Sequence record: NC_031043.1
DNA: 64,000 bases
Direction: 5' to 3' (one strand)
In this document: positions 46,337-55,830 of the stretch, in pieces
Numbering within the stretch: the stretch's first letter is position 1
Layout: every line of letters starts with the position of its first letter
Position numbers and translations under genes: made by a program
The notes under the pieces: model-generated
What the model saw: only the letters and a program-made list of their open reading frames with translations
What the model was told of the DNA's origin: nothing
Database searches by the model: none

Positions 46337-46469
46337 CTTGGTGACTAATAGATTAGTCCGAGAACAACAATTTTAACTCCGCAGGAGGCTGACTTACTTA
46401 CAACCCGCCATTGGGGTAGTTGCATGACTACAAACCAGCGTTATTAAATTCAACAAGGATAACCTTACC

Positions 46470-47321
46470 ATGAAACGTTTTCTCTTGGGCGTCGCACTCC
46501 TGCTGACCAGCCTGACTGTTTTTGCATCTACGTCTACGAGCGTACACTGGGACCGCCATAAGCAGACTGTTGTTAAGGCTGCTAATAAAGTTGGGGTCTC
46601 TCCTAAGTTAGCCACCGCAGTTGCTGGACGAGAGTCTGGCGGAAATGCACAGGCCAAAAATCAATTCTCGTCGGCCTCGGGCTTGATGGGTATCACGCGT
46701 CCGACCGCCCGGGCGATGTTACGTAAGTACGGTGCCGAACTTGGCTTACCGCGAAACGCGAACATCATGAACCCAAAGGTGAACGCGCTGTTAGGGACTG
46801 TCTATTTGAGAGAAGTCCGTCAGGAAATGAATCAACGCTTGCATCGCCCAGCCCGGGACCACGAAGTGTATCTTGCTTATCACTTCTCACCCGCAAAAGC
46901 TGAGCGTATTATTAAAGCGCGTCCTTCAAAACGTATGGTTGACATTTACCCAGCTGCGGCACGCGGTAACAAGCCATGGTATTACCACAAAGGTGGAAAA
47001 GCTAAATCAGCCTCAGATGTTATTCTGATGGCTCAAGCAAAAGTCGGCAAACAGTCGAAGTATGGTCACGAAGCTGTGTCAATAGCCAAAGTACAGAAGG
47101 CTAAAGCCACTCCTAAACGTATAGCGAGTATGGCTACCACCACCCCTGTCTGCATGACAGATTTGGTTGCAGAGTCGTCTCAGCCTCGTGAACACCCTTT
47201 AACGGTGAAAGGGAAAAGCGGTACCAGCGTTATGTCACGCTGTCGCGATTCAGTCACCCCTGACCTGGAGTTCGATACTGCGATGGTGCAGTTCTCCTTA
47301 AAAGACCAATACCTACACTAG
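46470..47321 (+). CDS. Lytic transglycosylase (SLT/lysozyme-like fold) with an N-terminal signal peptide
   Basis: MKRFLLGVALLLTSLTVFA signal-like N-terminus; catalytic RESGG, SASGLMG, N..LG..YL and YLAYH motifs. Confidence 0.8.
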   Translation: MKRFLLGVALLLTSLTVFASTSTSVHWDRHKQTVVKAANKVGVSPKLATAVAGRESGGNAQAKNQFSSASGLMGITRPTARAMLRKYGAELGLPRNANIMNPKVNALLGTVYLREVRQEMNQRLHRPARDHEVYLAYHFSPAKAERIIKARPSKRMVDIYPAAARGNKPWYYHKGGKAKSASDVILMAQAKVGKQSKYGHEAVSIAKVQKAKATPKRIASMATTTPVCMTDLVAESSQPREHPLTVKGKSGTSVMSRCRDSVTPDLEFDTAMVQFSLKDQYLH

Positions 47322-47327
47322 GAGTGA

Positions 47328-47804
47328 ATGGTGGATATAAAAGAAATGCCGTTTTATCGACCAACCGCAGAGGCATTGCGTTTGAAGTCGAAGGAAATCG
47401 TAAGCATGATAATCAGCATCAACTTCGGGGTAAAGAGTAGCTTCCATCGGGTACACGATTGTCAGCAAACTCTGCATCAAGCTACCGAACGTCGCAAGTT
47501 TGATTTTGATACTGCTTACGGTTTGCTCTATCTGGCGGGTTTTCGCCCTCAGGTGTTAGAAACCGCGGACGGGTTTGTTTTTCTTCTTCTGCCATCAGGC
47601 ACGTATGACAAGACCATCACCTTGGAAGTGGCCATGCAAGAAGCGCGGGTGTATTTAGCTCGTTTGCTGAAAGTTGACGAGAACATCAAATCGCCATTGA
47701 AAATGCTGGCTGTCTTCCGTGGCGATATGAATGTCACACGTGGCCAGCACGTTCCCCGTGATAAAATCCTCTTTGAGTTTAAACGCCATGAAAACGTTGC
47801 TTGA
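47328..47804 (+). CDS. Hypothetical protein (158 aa)
   Basis: AGGAG SD; no motif recognised. Confidence 0.6.
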   Translation: MVDIKEMPFYRPTAEALRLKSKEIVSMIISINFGVKSSFHRVHDCQQTLHQATERRKFDFDTAYGLLYLAGFRPQVLETADGFVFLLLPSGTYDKTITLEVAMQEARVYLARLLKVDENIKSPLKMLAVFRGDMNVTRGQHVPRDKILFEFKRHENVA

Positions 47805-48297
47805 CCTTGCCCGCTTTTACAATCAACCGGATGCACACGAGTGGTTAACGATGGCTATGCCGGTTCTGGTTGAAGCCGCTCGGTTAGATGCAGCTGCTAT
47901 CAAAGGCGAGTATCTGCAAACGGCGATGACCGATTACGACGTAGACCTGTTCACCTCTGCGCCTCAGTTGGTCTTCCCTCGCCCTATGCGGATTGTTATT
48001 GCACCAAGCGAACAAGCAGTTTACTTTACTGCCGAACCAACCACGCTACTGGGAGACCCGTTAGAAGGTACCGTACGAGCGGTGCAGTTCTTCCGTCCTG
48101 GTGTAGGAATGGGTTATCGTAGTTGGGCGCTGGCTTCGTGGGAAGACGGTAGCGATGAAATCACAGTGTTGGCCGCACTGACTGATTCGCCACTGACTCC
48201 GACGGTTGTGAAAGTCACCGATGTGGAAGAGACTACCGATGCAGCAATCATCACGCGCAGTGTTTGCTATATTCGTGTAGATGCCCCGATGCAATAA
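47788..48297 (+). CDS. Hypothetical protein
   Basis: Start placed at MKTLLDL, overlapping the end of the previous gene. Confidence 0.55.
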   Translation: MKTLLDLARFYNQPDAHEWLTMAMPVLVEAARLDAAAIKGEYLQTAMTDYDVDLFTSAPQLVFPRPMRIVIAPSEQAVYFTAEPTTLLGDPLEGTVRAVQFFRPGVGMGYRSWALASWEDGSDEITVLAALTDSPLTPTVVKVTDVEETTDAAIITRSVCYIRVDAPMQ

Positions 48298-48350
48298 AAA
48301 AGAAACGTCCCCGTACCCCAAAAGGGTACGGAGGCGCTCTTTATTTTTTT
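48298..48350. terminator. Bidirectional intrinsic terminator
   Basis: CCGTACCC-CAAAA-GGGTACGG (48311-48331) flanked by an A-run and a T-run; convergent genes. Confidence 0.8.
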
Positions 48351-48966
48351 ATGGCTTAGTTTTATCGTTCGCTACCTGAATCAACTTCTCATTGAGCGAA
48401 GTCAATTCCTGATTGCGTGTTTCCAGTGTCGCAATCTGTTCCTCGTAAGGAACCGTATCACGAATGTTCATTTTCCGCTTGTTCTCCATTTCGACATGTT
48501 GGTCATTATCTACCTGACCTTCATAGCGCATGGTGGAAATATACGGAACTGGCACAATCCCCAAACGAGACTTCACGTAGTTGGCAAAGTCACCAACAAA
48601 CGCTTGAGCATCCACATAGTCCGGCAACAGTGCCAAGTCTACCACTAACACATTGCGGTTGTACGTAAGCCCACTCAGTCCAGGATATGAAACGAGGTAA
48701 GTGTTTGGCACATACCGCACTTCCCCATCGCTGGCCTTCAGAACGAGAATAGACGCCTTAACAGCGACATCCGCGTTGTAGTCTGCCTTCGTGATGTTAT
48801 GGGGTGCGTAATAGGTATCATATACCGGCTTGTTTCCACGCTCTAATTCCGGGAAGGTACGAATAGCTTGTAAGCTATAGATGACCCCATTGGGTAATTC
48901 GAACGGTGACAGGCAAGTAAATGACCCCTCGGTGTTAATGGGTGGTGATAATGGTGTACGTGCCAT
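48349..48966 (-). CDS. Conserved jumbo-phage protein, probably virion structural
   Basis: AGGAGG SD; C-terminal coiled coil; co-oriented with the 444-aa gene. Confidence 0.55.
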   Translation of the reverse strand: MARTPLSPPINTEGSFTCLSPFELPNGVIYSLQAIRTFPELERGNKPVYDTYYAPHNITKADYNADVAVKASILVLKASDGEVRYVPNTYLVSYPGLSGLTYNRNVLVVDLALLPDYVDAQAFVGDFANYVKSRLGIVPVPYISTMRYEGQVDNDQHVEMENKRKMNIRDTVPYEEQIATLETRNQELTSLNEKLIQVANDKTKP

Positions 48967-48974
48967 TCATCCTC

Positions 48975-50309
48975 CTAGACGGTTGGCCAAACCGAAGTAC
49001 GGCTCAGTACGCGGTACTCTACGTTTTCATGTTCGAAGACATAGAACGCCAAGTCTGGGTTGTTTTCGTCAACCACTTTCACCACGTCAGTCGTACCGGA
49101 ATACGGGTGGTACTCTTCCGCCGCAATCAGTGCCTGAATGTATAAACGAATCCATTCAGTCGTCAACTTAGATACCCGCGAAATCTCACTGGAAGAAGTT
49201 GAGATTAAAGCATAGTCAGGAATGACTTCATGCAGGGTCTTTTTGTTGTCGATGTTTTCAGGCCCACTAATACAGACCGCACTCAATGACTTATACTGTG
49301 CAGGAATAACGCACACGTCGGTCGTTGGCAGTTTGTGTGGGTGGTCTTCACTGATAGCCGTAGCATCCCATTCACCGAACGCGTCAATCGTGTTCAGAAT
49401 GAAATCGTATGGGAGCATGGGTGAGTAAAGAGATGCGATATCTTCCATATTCGGGATACCGCGCACTTTCCAACCCGGAACCATCGTAAAGCGAGTTGTA
49501 GAGAACAGGTCAGGGAATACCTTCGACCAATCAATACGACCATAGCCCGATTGTGACAGAACAGCGTTTTGATACGCTTCTTTGACATACGTCGGGTTGC
49601 GGCCTTGAGGGCCGTAGATAATACAGGAAAAGACAATATTCGGAATCGTTGAGTCGTAGTTCTCACGGTCATGCCAGGTGTAGTAGTTTGTCTGGATGGT
49701 CGTGAACGGGAATTTGTTTGCTGCCTCGTTCACCTTTTCGTGGTGAGCCGGTAAGCTCCATCCCTCCAACGCTTTCTCCACCACCGTCTTCACAGACTGG
49801 AAGGTGTCGATAGGATTCAACATCAAAATGACTTCGATGTCAAAACCGCGGTAGTCTTTCGCGAAATCCACATCGGAGAACCAGAGGCGAATTTCGTTCT
49901 CTTCTTGCCCTTCGAGTTTGTAGGAAATCCAGCGGGGGAACCAATTCCCGTTGCCTTCAATCATCGCACCAGTGGCAACTTTAGAAATGGTAGATGAAAA
50001 CTGTCCGACCAGCAGACGTTGAAACTCGACCTCGTCGTTTTTCAGCACGCCGTTAATCGCTTGGGAATAAATCCACTGCGTAACTGTTAATACGTTATCG
50101 GAGAACGACGACGGAACAGTAATGGCTACCTTATCTCGTTTCGAGGTGAAGGCAACCAGTTCCACCTGCATGTTAGCTTTACGAAAGCCTTGTTTATCCT
50201 TGGCAAAGCTGGTAGAATACTCCGAGAGCTCCCCTACAGGAGCTGTTACACCGCCGGGTGTATTATCTTTCAGCGGTCCAATATTGATAAACCCTTGTAA
50301 ATCGTACAT
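48975..50309 (-). CDS. Conserved jumbo-phage protein, probably virion structural (444 aa)
   Basis: GGAG SD; position between sbcC and RNase H recalls the phiKZ-like gene order; function inferred. Confidence 0.55.
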   Translation of the reverse strand: MYDLQGFINIGPLKDNTPGGVTAPVGELSEYSTSFAKDKQGFRKANMQVELVAFTSKRDKVAITVPSSFSDNVLTVTQWIYSQAINGVLKNDEVEFQRLLVGQFSSTISKVATGAMIEGNGNWFPRWISYKLEGQEENEIRLWFSDVDFAKDYRGFDIEVILMLNPIDTFQSVKTVVEKALEGWSLPAHHEKVNEAANKFPFTTIQTNYYTWHDRENYDSTIPNIVFSCIIYGPQGRNPTYVKEAYQNAVLSQSGYGRIDWSKVFPDLFSTTRFTMVPGWKVRGIPNMEDIASLYSPMLPYDFILNTIDAFGEWDATAISEDHPHKLPTTDVCVIPAQYKSLSAVCISGPENIDNKKTLHEVIPDYALISTSSSEISRVSKLTTEWIRLYIQALIAAEEYHPYSGTTDVVKVVDENNPDLAFYVFEHENVEYRVLSRTSVWPTV

Positions 50310-50333
50310 ATAACAACTCCGAGGTAAGTAATA

Positions 50334-50858
50334 ATGGTAGCAGTAGCCCTCAAGCTGATACCACTATTGCAGTTTCTGCTGGAAGTATTCAAATCTGATG
50401 ATGGTAAGCTCACGGCGAAGGTTAAAGCCGCATGTCTGGCTTTTGTGGCCTTGCTCATTTTTTCCGCCTACGTCTCCTACGCATACGTTCAGCAGTTTCA
50501 CGCATTAGTGGAATTGAAAGCACATCAACAGTATCTGGTTAAATCGGAAGTCGACGCCACGGGGCGCTCTCTCAGACTCGAGAGCCGTGTCGCCGCATTG
50601 GAAAACAAGCTCGACTTGTGTCGGCGTGGGCCTGAGCCATATGAAGGTACGTCGCCAAAGCCGATGCCGCAACCGACAGCTCCCGAAAAGGCGGTTAGCG
50701 TATTGAAGGAAACGCAACCGGTTGATAAGCGGATTCCGTCACCCACCCCCTTCCCTAAACACGTCCAGCTTCCTGTTGCGGTAATCCCGTCACGGGAAGA
50801 GGTCGAGAAAGCGCTCTCTGACCGCATGGACAGAATCTCAAGACACATAAATAACTAA
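50334..50858 (+). CDS. Probable inner-membrane spanin (Rz-like)
   Basis: Single TM (AACLAFVALLIFSAYVSYAYV), then a coiled coil (LRLESRVAALENKLDLC) and a Pro-rich tail; adjacent to a lipoprotein gene. Confidence 0.5.
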   Translation: MVAVALKLIPLLQFLLEVFKSDDGKLTAKVKAACLAFVALLIFSAYVSYAYVQQFHALVELKAHQQYLVKSEVDATGRSLRLESRVAALENKLDLCRRGPEPYEGTSPKPMPQPTAPEKAVSVLKETQPVDKRIPSPTPFPKHVQLPVAVIPSREEVEKALSDRMDRISRHINN

Positions 50859-50867
50859 GGAGCCGTT

Positions 50868-51314
50868 ATGCGTGTTGTAATATGGTTCTTTATATTCTTG
50901 CTGTGCAGCTGTACCCAGTTCGGGGCAGTACGTAATGGGTCGGTCGGGCCCATGCGTGACGGACCAGAATTAACGGACTACCGTGACATCGATAATAACG
51001 ATGCTATACTACGGGACTACGTTACCGAAGTCAATCTGTACGCATTTTATGTCTTTAACTACACGAAAGCCCTGAATGAGTATGCCATGAAACACGGGTG
51101 GCATCAACTTCCAATGTCGCCGTTGTGTGAACAGTATGCGATGCCAGGTCTAATGGATATCCCAGACTTTGCATTCCGTCATAGCGTGCATTCTAACGAT
51201 GAAGTGGATATGGCTTTGGCTGATTACATTCGGCGTCTTCGAATACGCATGGATGAAAATGCCAAACGTGTTAGCAATGCGTTTGCTAAACACCGCGATG
51301 CGTGCATGTACTAA
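50868..51314 (+). CDS. Probable outer-membrane lipoprotein spanin (Rz1-like)
   Basis: MRVVIWFFIFLLCSC signal II with a lipobox-like LCSC; AAGGAG SD. Confidence 0.55.
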   Translation: MRVVIWFFIFLLCSCTQFGAVRNGSVGPMRDGPELTDYRDIDNNDAILRDYVTEVNLYAFYVFNYTKALNEYAMKHGWHQLPMSPLCEQYAMPGLMDIPDFAFRHSVHSNDEVDMALADYIRRLRIRMDENAKRVSNAFAKHRDACMY

Positions 51315-51318
51315 TAAG

Positions 51319-51357
51319 GTAACTGCCTGAAAGGGCAGTTACATCTTTTACTTTTTT
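51319..51357 (+). terminator. Intrinsic terminator
   Basis: GTAACTGCCT-GAAA-GGGCAGTTAC followed by ATCTTTTACTTTTTT. Confidence 0.8.
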
Positions 51358-51398
51358 ACGCTACACCCACTTACTGTGTATATAACAGGAGACTCAGC

Positions 51399-52130
51399 AT
51401 GGCACATTACATTCCAAAAATTCCGGTAATCGTTCATGGGTTCGATGCCGAAACCAAAGCACTGCGTCCCGACGCCTATATCCTGAGCATGGGTATGGCC
51501 ACCTTTGATATCGCAACATTAACGCTGCTTGGTTGCTCGTACGTAGCCGTTGACCCGAACGACCCAGAGGCCAATGAGATTTTCCATACCGACCCCGGTA
51601 CGTTAGAGTGGTGGGAAGGTAAAGGCAACCCTGATTATGCCCCCTCGCCCGAAGCCCGTAAAGCGGCATTCTCGGGCACGACCAAAATGCCTGATGCGCT
51701 ACGCATTATGGTGAACTACGTCGAACAGTTTAAGAAGTTCGATTCTGTCATCGTCAGTCGCGGCCCTGAATTCGATATTCCGATTGTCTGTAATGCACTG
51801 GTGCGTTGTAACCAGTACCAAGGTTTGTTCCGTCGCTTCTCAGCTAACGATTCTGACCGTACGGTTGAGCGTCTGATGCTGGCTATGGGTCTGGAGATGG
51901 ACCAAGACACAGAACAGCACAACTGGTTACGCGGCGGTGGTGAGTGGGTTGAGCACCATCCGGGCTTTGACTCTGCCCGCAGTGCTTATCGTACGGCACG
52001 TGCCTATCATTTAGCGCACATCGCCAAGAACTACGGCTTTGAGCAGATGCTCGTTGCTCATAAAGCATTACGCGCTGGGAACTACAACCCGCCGTTAGGA
52101 TTCAAAGGGGAATTCAATGGAGCAAGTTGA
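51399..52130 (+). CDS. DEDD-family 3'-5' exonuclease
   Basis: FDAET (ExoI), RGPEFDIPI (ExoII) and HHPGFD (ExoIII) motifs; AGGAG SD. Confidence 0.75.
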   Translation: MAHYIPKIPVIVHGFDAETKALRPDAYILSMGMATFDIATLTLLGCSYVAVDPNDPEANEIFHTDPGTLEWWEGKGNPDYAPSPEARKAAFSGTTKMPDALRIMVNYVEQFKKFDSVIVSRGPEFDIPIVCNALVRCNQYQGLFRRFSANDSDRTVERLMLAMGLEMDQDTEQHNWLRGGGEWVEHHPGFDSARSAYRTARAYHLAHIAKNYGFEQMLVAHKALRAGNYNPPLGFKGEFNGAS

Positions 52131-53652
52131 AGTAGCCGTGTTGTACAGTGACGGTAGCCACTTTCCTGACCCTCACGGGTCAGGTGCGGGTATCTTCGCG
52201 TACACCATCGACAAATTAGATGAAGGGTTTCTGGGAGGCTACAGCTTTCCGGGAGTCCCGGATGCTATTACGTCGGAAGGCTTTAAACCAATGACGTTAT
52301 CTGACCCAAAACCAATGCTACCGGTTGGTCGTGTGAAGTTTTGGGAGTCAGTCATTCCAGTACGTCCTTCTTCGGCACAAGTCGGGGAACTGACAGCGTT
52401 CATTGCGGTATTCGATAAGACCCCATTCAAAGCCAAGAAATACATCATTTATGCTGACTCAACGTATATGATTAATACGGTCACCGACTGGATTTGGGGT
52501 TGGGAACGTAATGGCTGGCGTCGTGCAGACGGAACACCGTGTGCCAATCTGGATATCCTGAAACGTATTCTGGCGATTCTGAAATCTATAAAGGAAGAAG
52601 GGATTACCCTGATAGTGCGTAAGATTAAAGCGCACGCAGGACACTATGGAAACGAGATGGCGGATAAACTCGCGAAGCAAGGGGCAGCGGCTTCTGCTTT
52701 GACTAACGAGCATAACTTCCAACCCTTCTGGCGTGAGGTGTTTAACGATGAGGAAACGCCGGAGGAGTCGATGTTTATCGAGCCGGAGAAACCGGGCGCG
52801 GGCATGGACATTACGTCGTTACCAAGCATCATGTCCCACAAGTGGCATTACATGCTGGGTGATGAACCGACCCCTTCCCTTACGCTGGCCAATGGCGAGA
52901 AGTGGGAATACGTTATGTCTGGCCACCATGCTAAGGATAAGAACGACTTAGTGTTGGTGGGTAAGTTCTTGCCTGACGCCATGTTCTCTGTGACTCTGCA
53001 TCGTAAAGCGCCGGAGAACTTGAAGTTCGTTGCGGATGAACATGCTAAGCAAGCATGGGAAGGCGTTCCGGCGATGAAGCAGTACAGTGCCATTACCATG
53101 GTCAACGGTGACCACCTCAGACGTAAGAAGTTTGTGGAAGCGGCGAAGAACGGTTTGCCATTGTCCGAGATGGAATTCAAGTCAGACGGTAATGCGTGGA
53201 TGTTTGGTGATACCTGCATCAGTTACATGTTACGTCCGGCACTGTTGTCGTATCGTGTATTGGAAATTCGTGATGAACTGGCGACGATGTTGAAAGACGT
53301 GGTTGATGGCCATCACTCAGTAACCTTTAACGATATCACGCTGAAGTTCTTTGACGAGGAAGGCAAGCCACGTAAAGACTATTACCGTAACGTTGACCGT
53401 AGCATTAAGTTACCGGTGAACTTCCCGGGCAGTGATAAACAGATTGACGTTATCCTGTCTCGTGGTATTGACATGCCGGGCCGTACTGAGCTGAACCGTA
53501 TCATGGAACCGGGCGGTAAATTCGGGATTGCCACATGGCGTCGTGATAAGCAACTGGTGCAATACGCCTTGGTGTATCTGGGTGCTCAATCACACGGGCT
53601 GTGGATGGGTTATTACAGTGCTAAGCGCATCCTGACGGCCGAACAAATTTAA
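52117..53652 (+). CDS. rnhA: Ribonuclease HI with a long C-terminal extension
   Basis: YSDGS, AQVGELTAF, YADSTY, WERNGW..ANLD, KIKAHAGHYGNEMADKLAK: all RNase H catalytic residues are present. Confidence 0.9.
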   Translation: MEQVEVAVLYSDGSHFPDPHGSGAGIFAYTIDKLDEGFLGGYSFPGVPDAITSEGFKPMTLSDPKPMLPVGRVKFWESVIPVRPSSAQVGELTAFIAVFDKTPFKAKKYIIYADSTYMINTVTDWIWGWERNGWRRADGTPCANLDILKRILAILKSIKEEGITLIVRKIKAHAGHYGNEMADKLAKQGAAASALTNEHNFQPFWREVFNDEETPEESMFIEPEKPGAGMDITSLPSIMSHKWHYMLGDEPTPSLTLANGEKWEYVMSGHHAKDKNDLVLVGKFLPDAMFSVTLHRKAPENLKFVADEHAKQAWEGVPAMKQYSAITMVNGDHLRRKKFVEAAKNGLPLSEMEFKSDGNAWMFGDTCISYMLRPALLSYRVLEIRDELATMLKDVVDGHHSVTFNDITLKFFDEEGKPRKDYYRNVDRSIKLPVNFPGSDKQIDVILSRGIDMPGRTELNRIMEPGGKFGIATWRRDKQLVQYALVYLGAQSHGLWMGYYSAKRILTAEQI

Positions 53653-53664
53653 AATATATGTTAT
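53652..53664 (+). promoter_or_regulatory. Candidate promoter (ATATATGTTAT variant)
   Basis: AAATATATGTTAT, 30 nt before a gene start; the same ATATATGTTATC core recurs at 60371. Confidence 0.35.
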
Positions 53665-53694
53665 CGCGTGATACTAAATTGAGGAGTATGTCAC

Positions 53695-54471
53695 ATGCGA
53701 GTTATTGCATCGTATAAAATGTCGAGGCTGAATATTCCATTTCGCAATCGTTTAATGGAATACCTCATCACGCGATACTTTGAAGAGAATAAGATTCCAG
53801 ATACGTGGGCGGAGGAAACCGACACTATCAAAGAAGAGCTGGACATTCCGGCTCAACTTATTATCTCTCGTTTATTCGGGGGTTGGTTAGACGCGGTGGT
53901 TAACCACGTCAATCAGGGGACGCCATTGACCGAAGAGGAGTTAGTCGAGTATCCACACCAGATGGATGACTTATACGACTCCTACAGTTTCGAAAGCGAT
54001 AAAGAATACCACCGTGACTTCTCCGGTTACATGGACCAGACCGCTTGGGAGTTTATGTCTAAAGCGGCCGAGTACCTGACCGAAGATGAGATGCTGGCAA
54101 CCATCTGGCAGACCTTGTCTGATATTGGGGCGGAGGTCTACGGGACGTTGAAAGTGCTTCAGCCGGGCGGGGCGGTAGGGCTGTGGCATTCACTGGAAAA
54201 CTACGAGCAGCAGATTTGGCAGGGTAAGATGGCGTTATTCGCTATCGACTCGGGCGATTACGAAGTGCTGTACAAAGGGCCGAAAGCGGAAGAGTTCTCT
54301 GGGTCAGAAGAAGCTAAAGCGACCGCCGGTAACGGGGAGTTCTTCTTCATCTGGAACGGGAAACTCATTACTTACGGCAACCGTATCGTAACCATCCCTA
54401 CGGGGGATATCATTGAAGCCTGCGAGCTGAATGGTGATATCGTCTCGTCTATCGAGAGGGCTTCAGAATGA
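53695..54471 (+). CDS. Acidic hypothetical protein (258 aa)
   Basis: GAGGAG SD; ATGA coupling to the next gene. Confidence 0.65.
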   Translation: MRVIASYKMSRLNIPFRNRLMEYLITRYFEENKIPDTWAEETDTIKEELDIPAQLIISRLFGGWLDAVVNHVNQGTPLTEEELVEYPHQMDDLYDSYSFESDKEYHRDFSGYMDQTAWEFMSKAAEYLTEDEMLATIWQTLSDIGAEVYGTLKVLQPGGAVGLWHSLENYEQQIWQGKMALFAIDSGDYEVLYKGPKAEEFSGSEEAKATAGNGEFFFIWNGKLITYGNRIVTIPTGDIIEACELNGDIVSSIERASE

Positions 54472-55262
54472 AGAAGGTCATCAGTGGTGTTTTAACTTCG
54501 CTTAACACCTCCATTCTTTACGAGTGGGATGACTGGTGGGAAAAGGAGTTCTCGGTCGGGGTGCCGGAAGAATGCAAACCGGTTATCTTCGATTTGGTAC
54601 TGGAAGGGGAACTGGACAAAACCGCCCCTAACTACCACAGCCGTTTAATGTTACGCACCGCAGTCACCCTTTTTAAGGCGCGTCTTTATCACCAGTTAAT
54701 TACGACGTACAACAACAACCCGGTCTACCAACCCGAAGAGTTTAATGAGCGGGTCAAGCTTGCTTATGACGAATCGTGGTGGGAAGGCTTCCGCGATGAA
54801 GTCCAGCGTTGCGACGGTGACAGTGACGACAGTTGTAACATGCTCACCATGAACATGTTAGAAACCTTCATTAACCAGCTCATTGAAATCATGACCTCGG
54901 AATGGGCTGAGAAGTTCTACACGGCCTTCTACGACGAGCTGGGGAACATCATGAACGGTTTGCAGTGCGTGGGAGTGTGGTTGAACGAGTTCATGACTCG
55001 TCGACTGGCTGAAGACCCGCAGTGCCGTCTGTACGTGCTGGAAACCGACGATGTGAAATTCATTGCTTCTAAGAAGTGGGATGAATCTCCGGAAGTCGTG
55101 GAATGGTTAGACCAACAAATGTCCAACGCCACTATTCTGCCAATGCTGTGGGTAGTGAACGGTATTATCGTGGCAGACATGGCGCATCACACGTTAAACC
55201 GTGGTGATGTGATTAAACGTTACTCTATTAAACCTGAGGTTCTGAATGCAATTAATCATTGA
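54468..55262 (+). CDS. Acidic hypothetical protein (264 aa)
   Basis: Coupled ORF; no motif recognised. Confidence 0.65.
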   Translation: MKKVISGVLTSLNTSILYEWDDWWEKEFSVGVPEECKPVIFDLVLEGELDKTAPNYHSRLMLRTAVTLFKARLYHQLITTYNNNPVYQPEEFNERVKLAYDESWWEGFRDEVQRCDGDSDDSCNMLTMNMLETFINQLIEIMTSEWAEKFYTAFYDELGNIMNGLQCVGVWLNEFMTRRLAEDPQCRLYVLETDDVKFIASKKWDESPEVVEWLDQQMSNATILPMLWVVNGIIVADMAHHTLNRGDVIKRYSIKPEVLNAINH

Positions 55263-55779
55263 TTTCCGTAATCATGACGTCTCTGAGGCGTTACGCAATT
55301 TATCAAACGGCATGAAAACTAACATCGTCATGCAGATTGAAGAAGCGCTGGGAATGACGGAAATCAAACTGTCCGTAGACACCGGTAATGACCATGTGTT
55401 TATCAATAACGCGAAGTTAGGCGACCTTGTTGATGATGTTATCACTCGTGAACTGCAGCGCATGTTCGGGCAGGTGGTTACCATTAATACCGGCAACTTC
55501 CAAAACGTGGGTGAGTTCCTTGACCTCGTCTCAAATCGCTTTGGTGAAATCTTTACGCGTCTGATTACCGAAGCACAAGCGACGGAACTGACTGCGAAGA
55601 TGTTGGTGGATGGACAGACCGCAGGCGACTACAAAGAGACCTTAACCAATCTCGTACCGGGCGATGTCTGGCAATCGATTGAGAAAGAACTCAATGGTGG
55701 TCGTCAGCAAGCACTGCGTATTATGCGTACTGCATTAGAAAGCATGCAGGCGTCTATTGAACCCGGTTCAGTAATGTAA
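55246..55779 (+). CDS. Hypothetical protein (177 aa)
   Basis: GAGG SD; overlaps the previous stop; followed by a terminator. Confidence 0.6.
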   Translation: MQLIIDFRNHDVSEALRNLSNGMKTNIVMQIEEALGMTEIKLSVDTGNDHVFINNAKLGDLVDDVITRELQRMFGQVVTINTGNFQNVGEFLDLVSNRFGEIFTRLITEAQATELTAKMLVDGQTAGDYKETLTNLVPGDVWQSIEKELNGGRQQALRIMRTALESMQASIEPGSVM

Positions 55780-55780
55780 C

Positions 55781-55830
55781 AAAAAATAAATAAGTCCCTG
55801 CTACCCGATGGGTAGCAGGAGGCTTTTAAC
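55781..55830. terminator. Bidirectional intrinsic terminator
   Basis: CCTGCTACCC-GAT-GGGTAGCAGG (55797-55819) with an A-run on the left and GCTTTT on the right; convergent genes. Confidence 0.8.
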
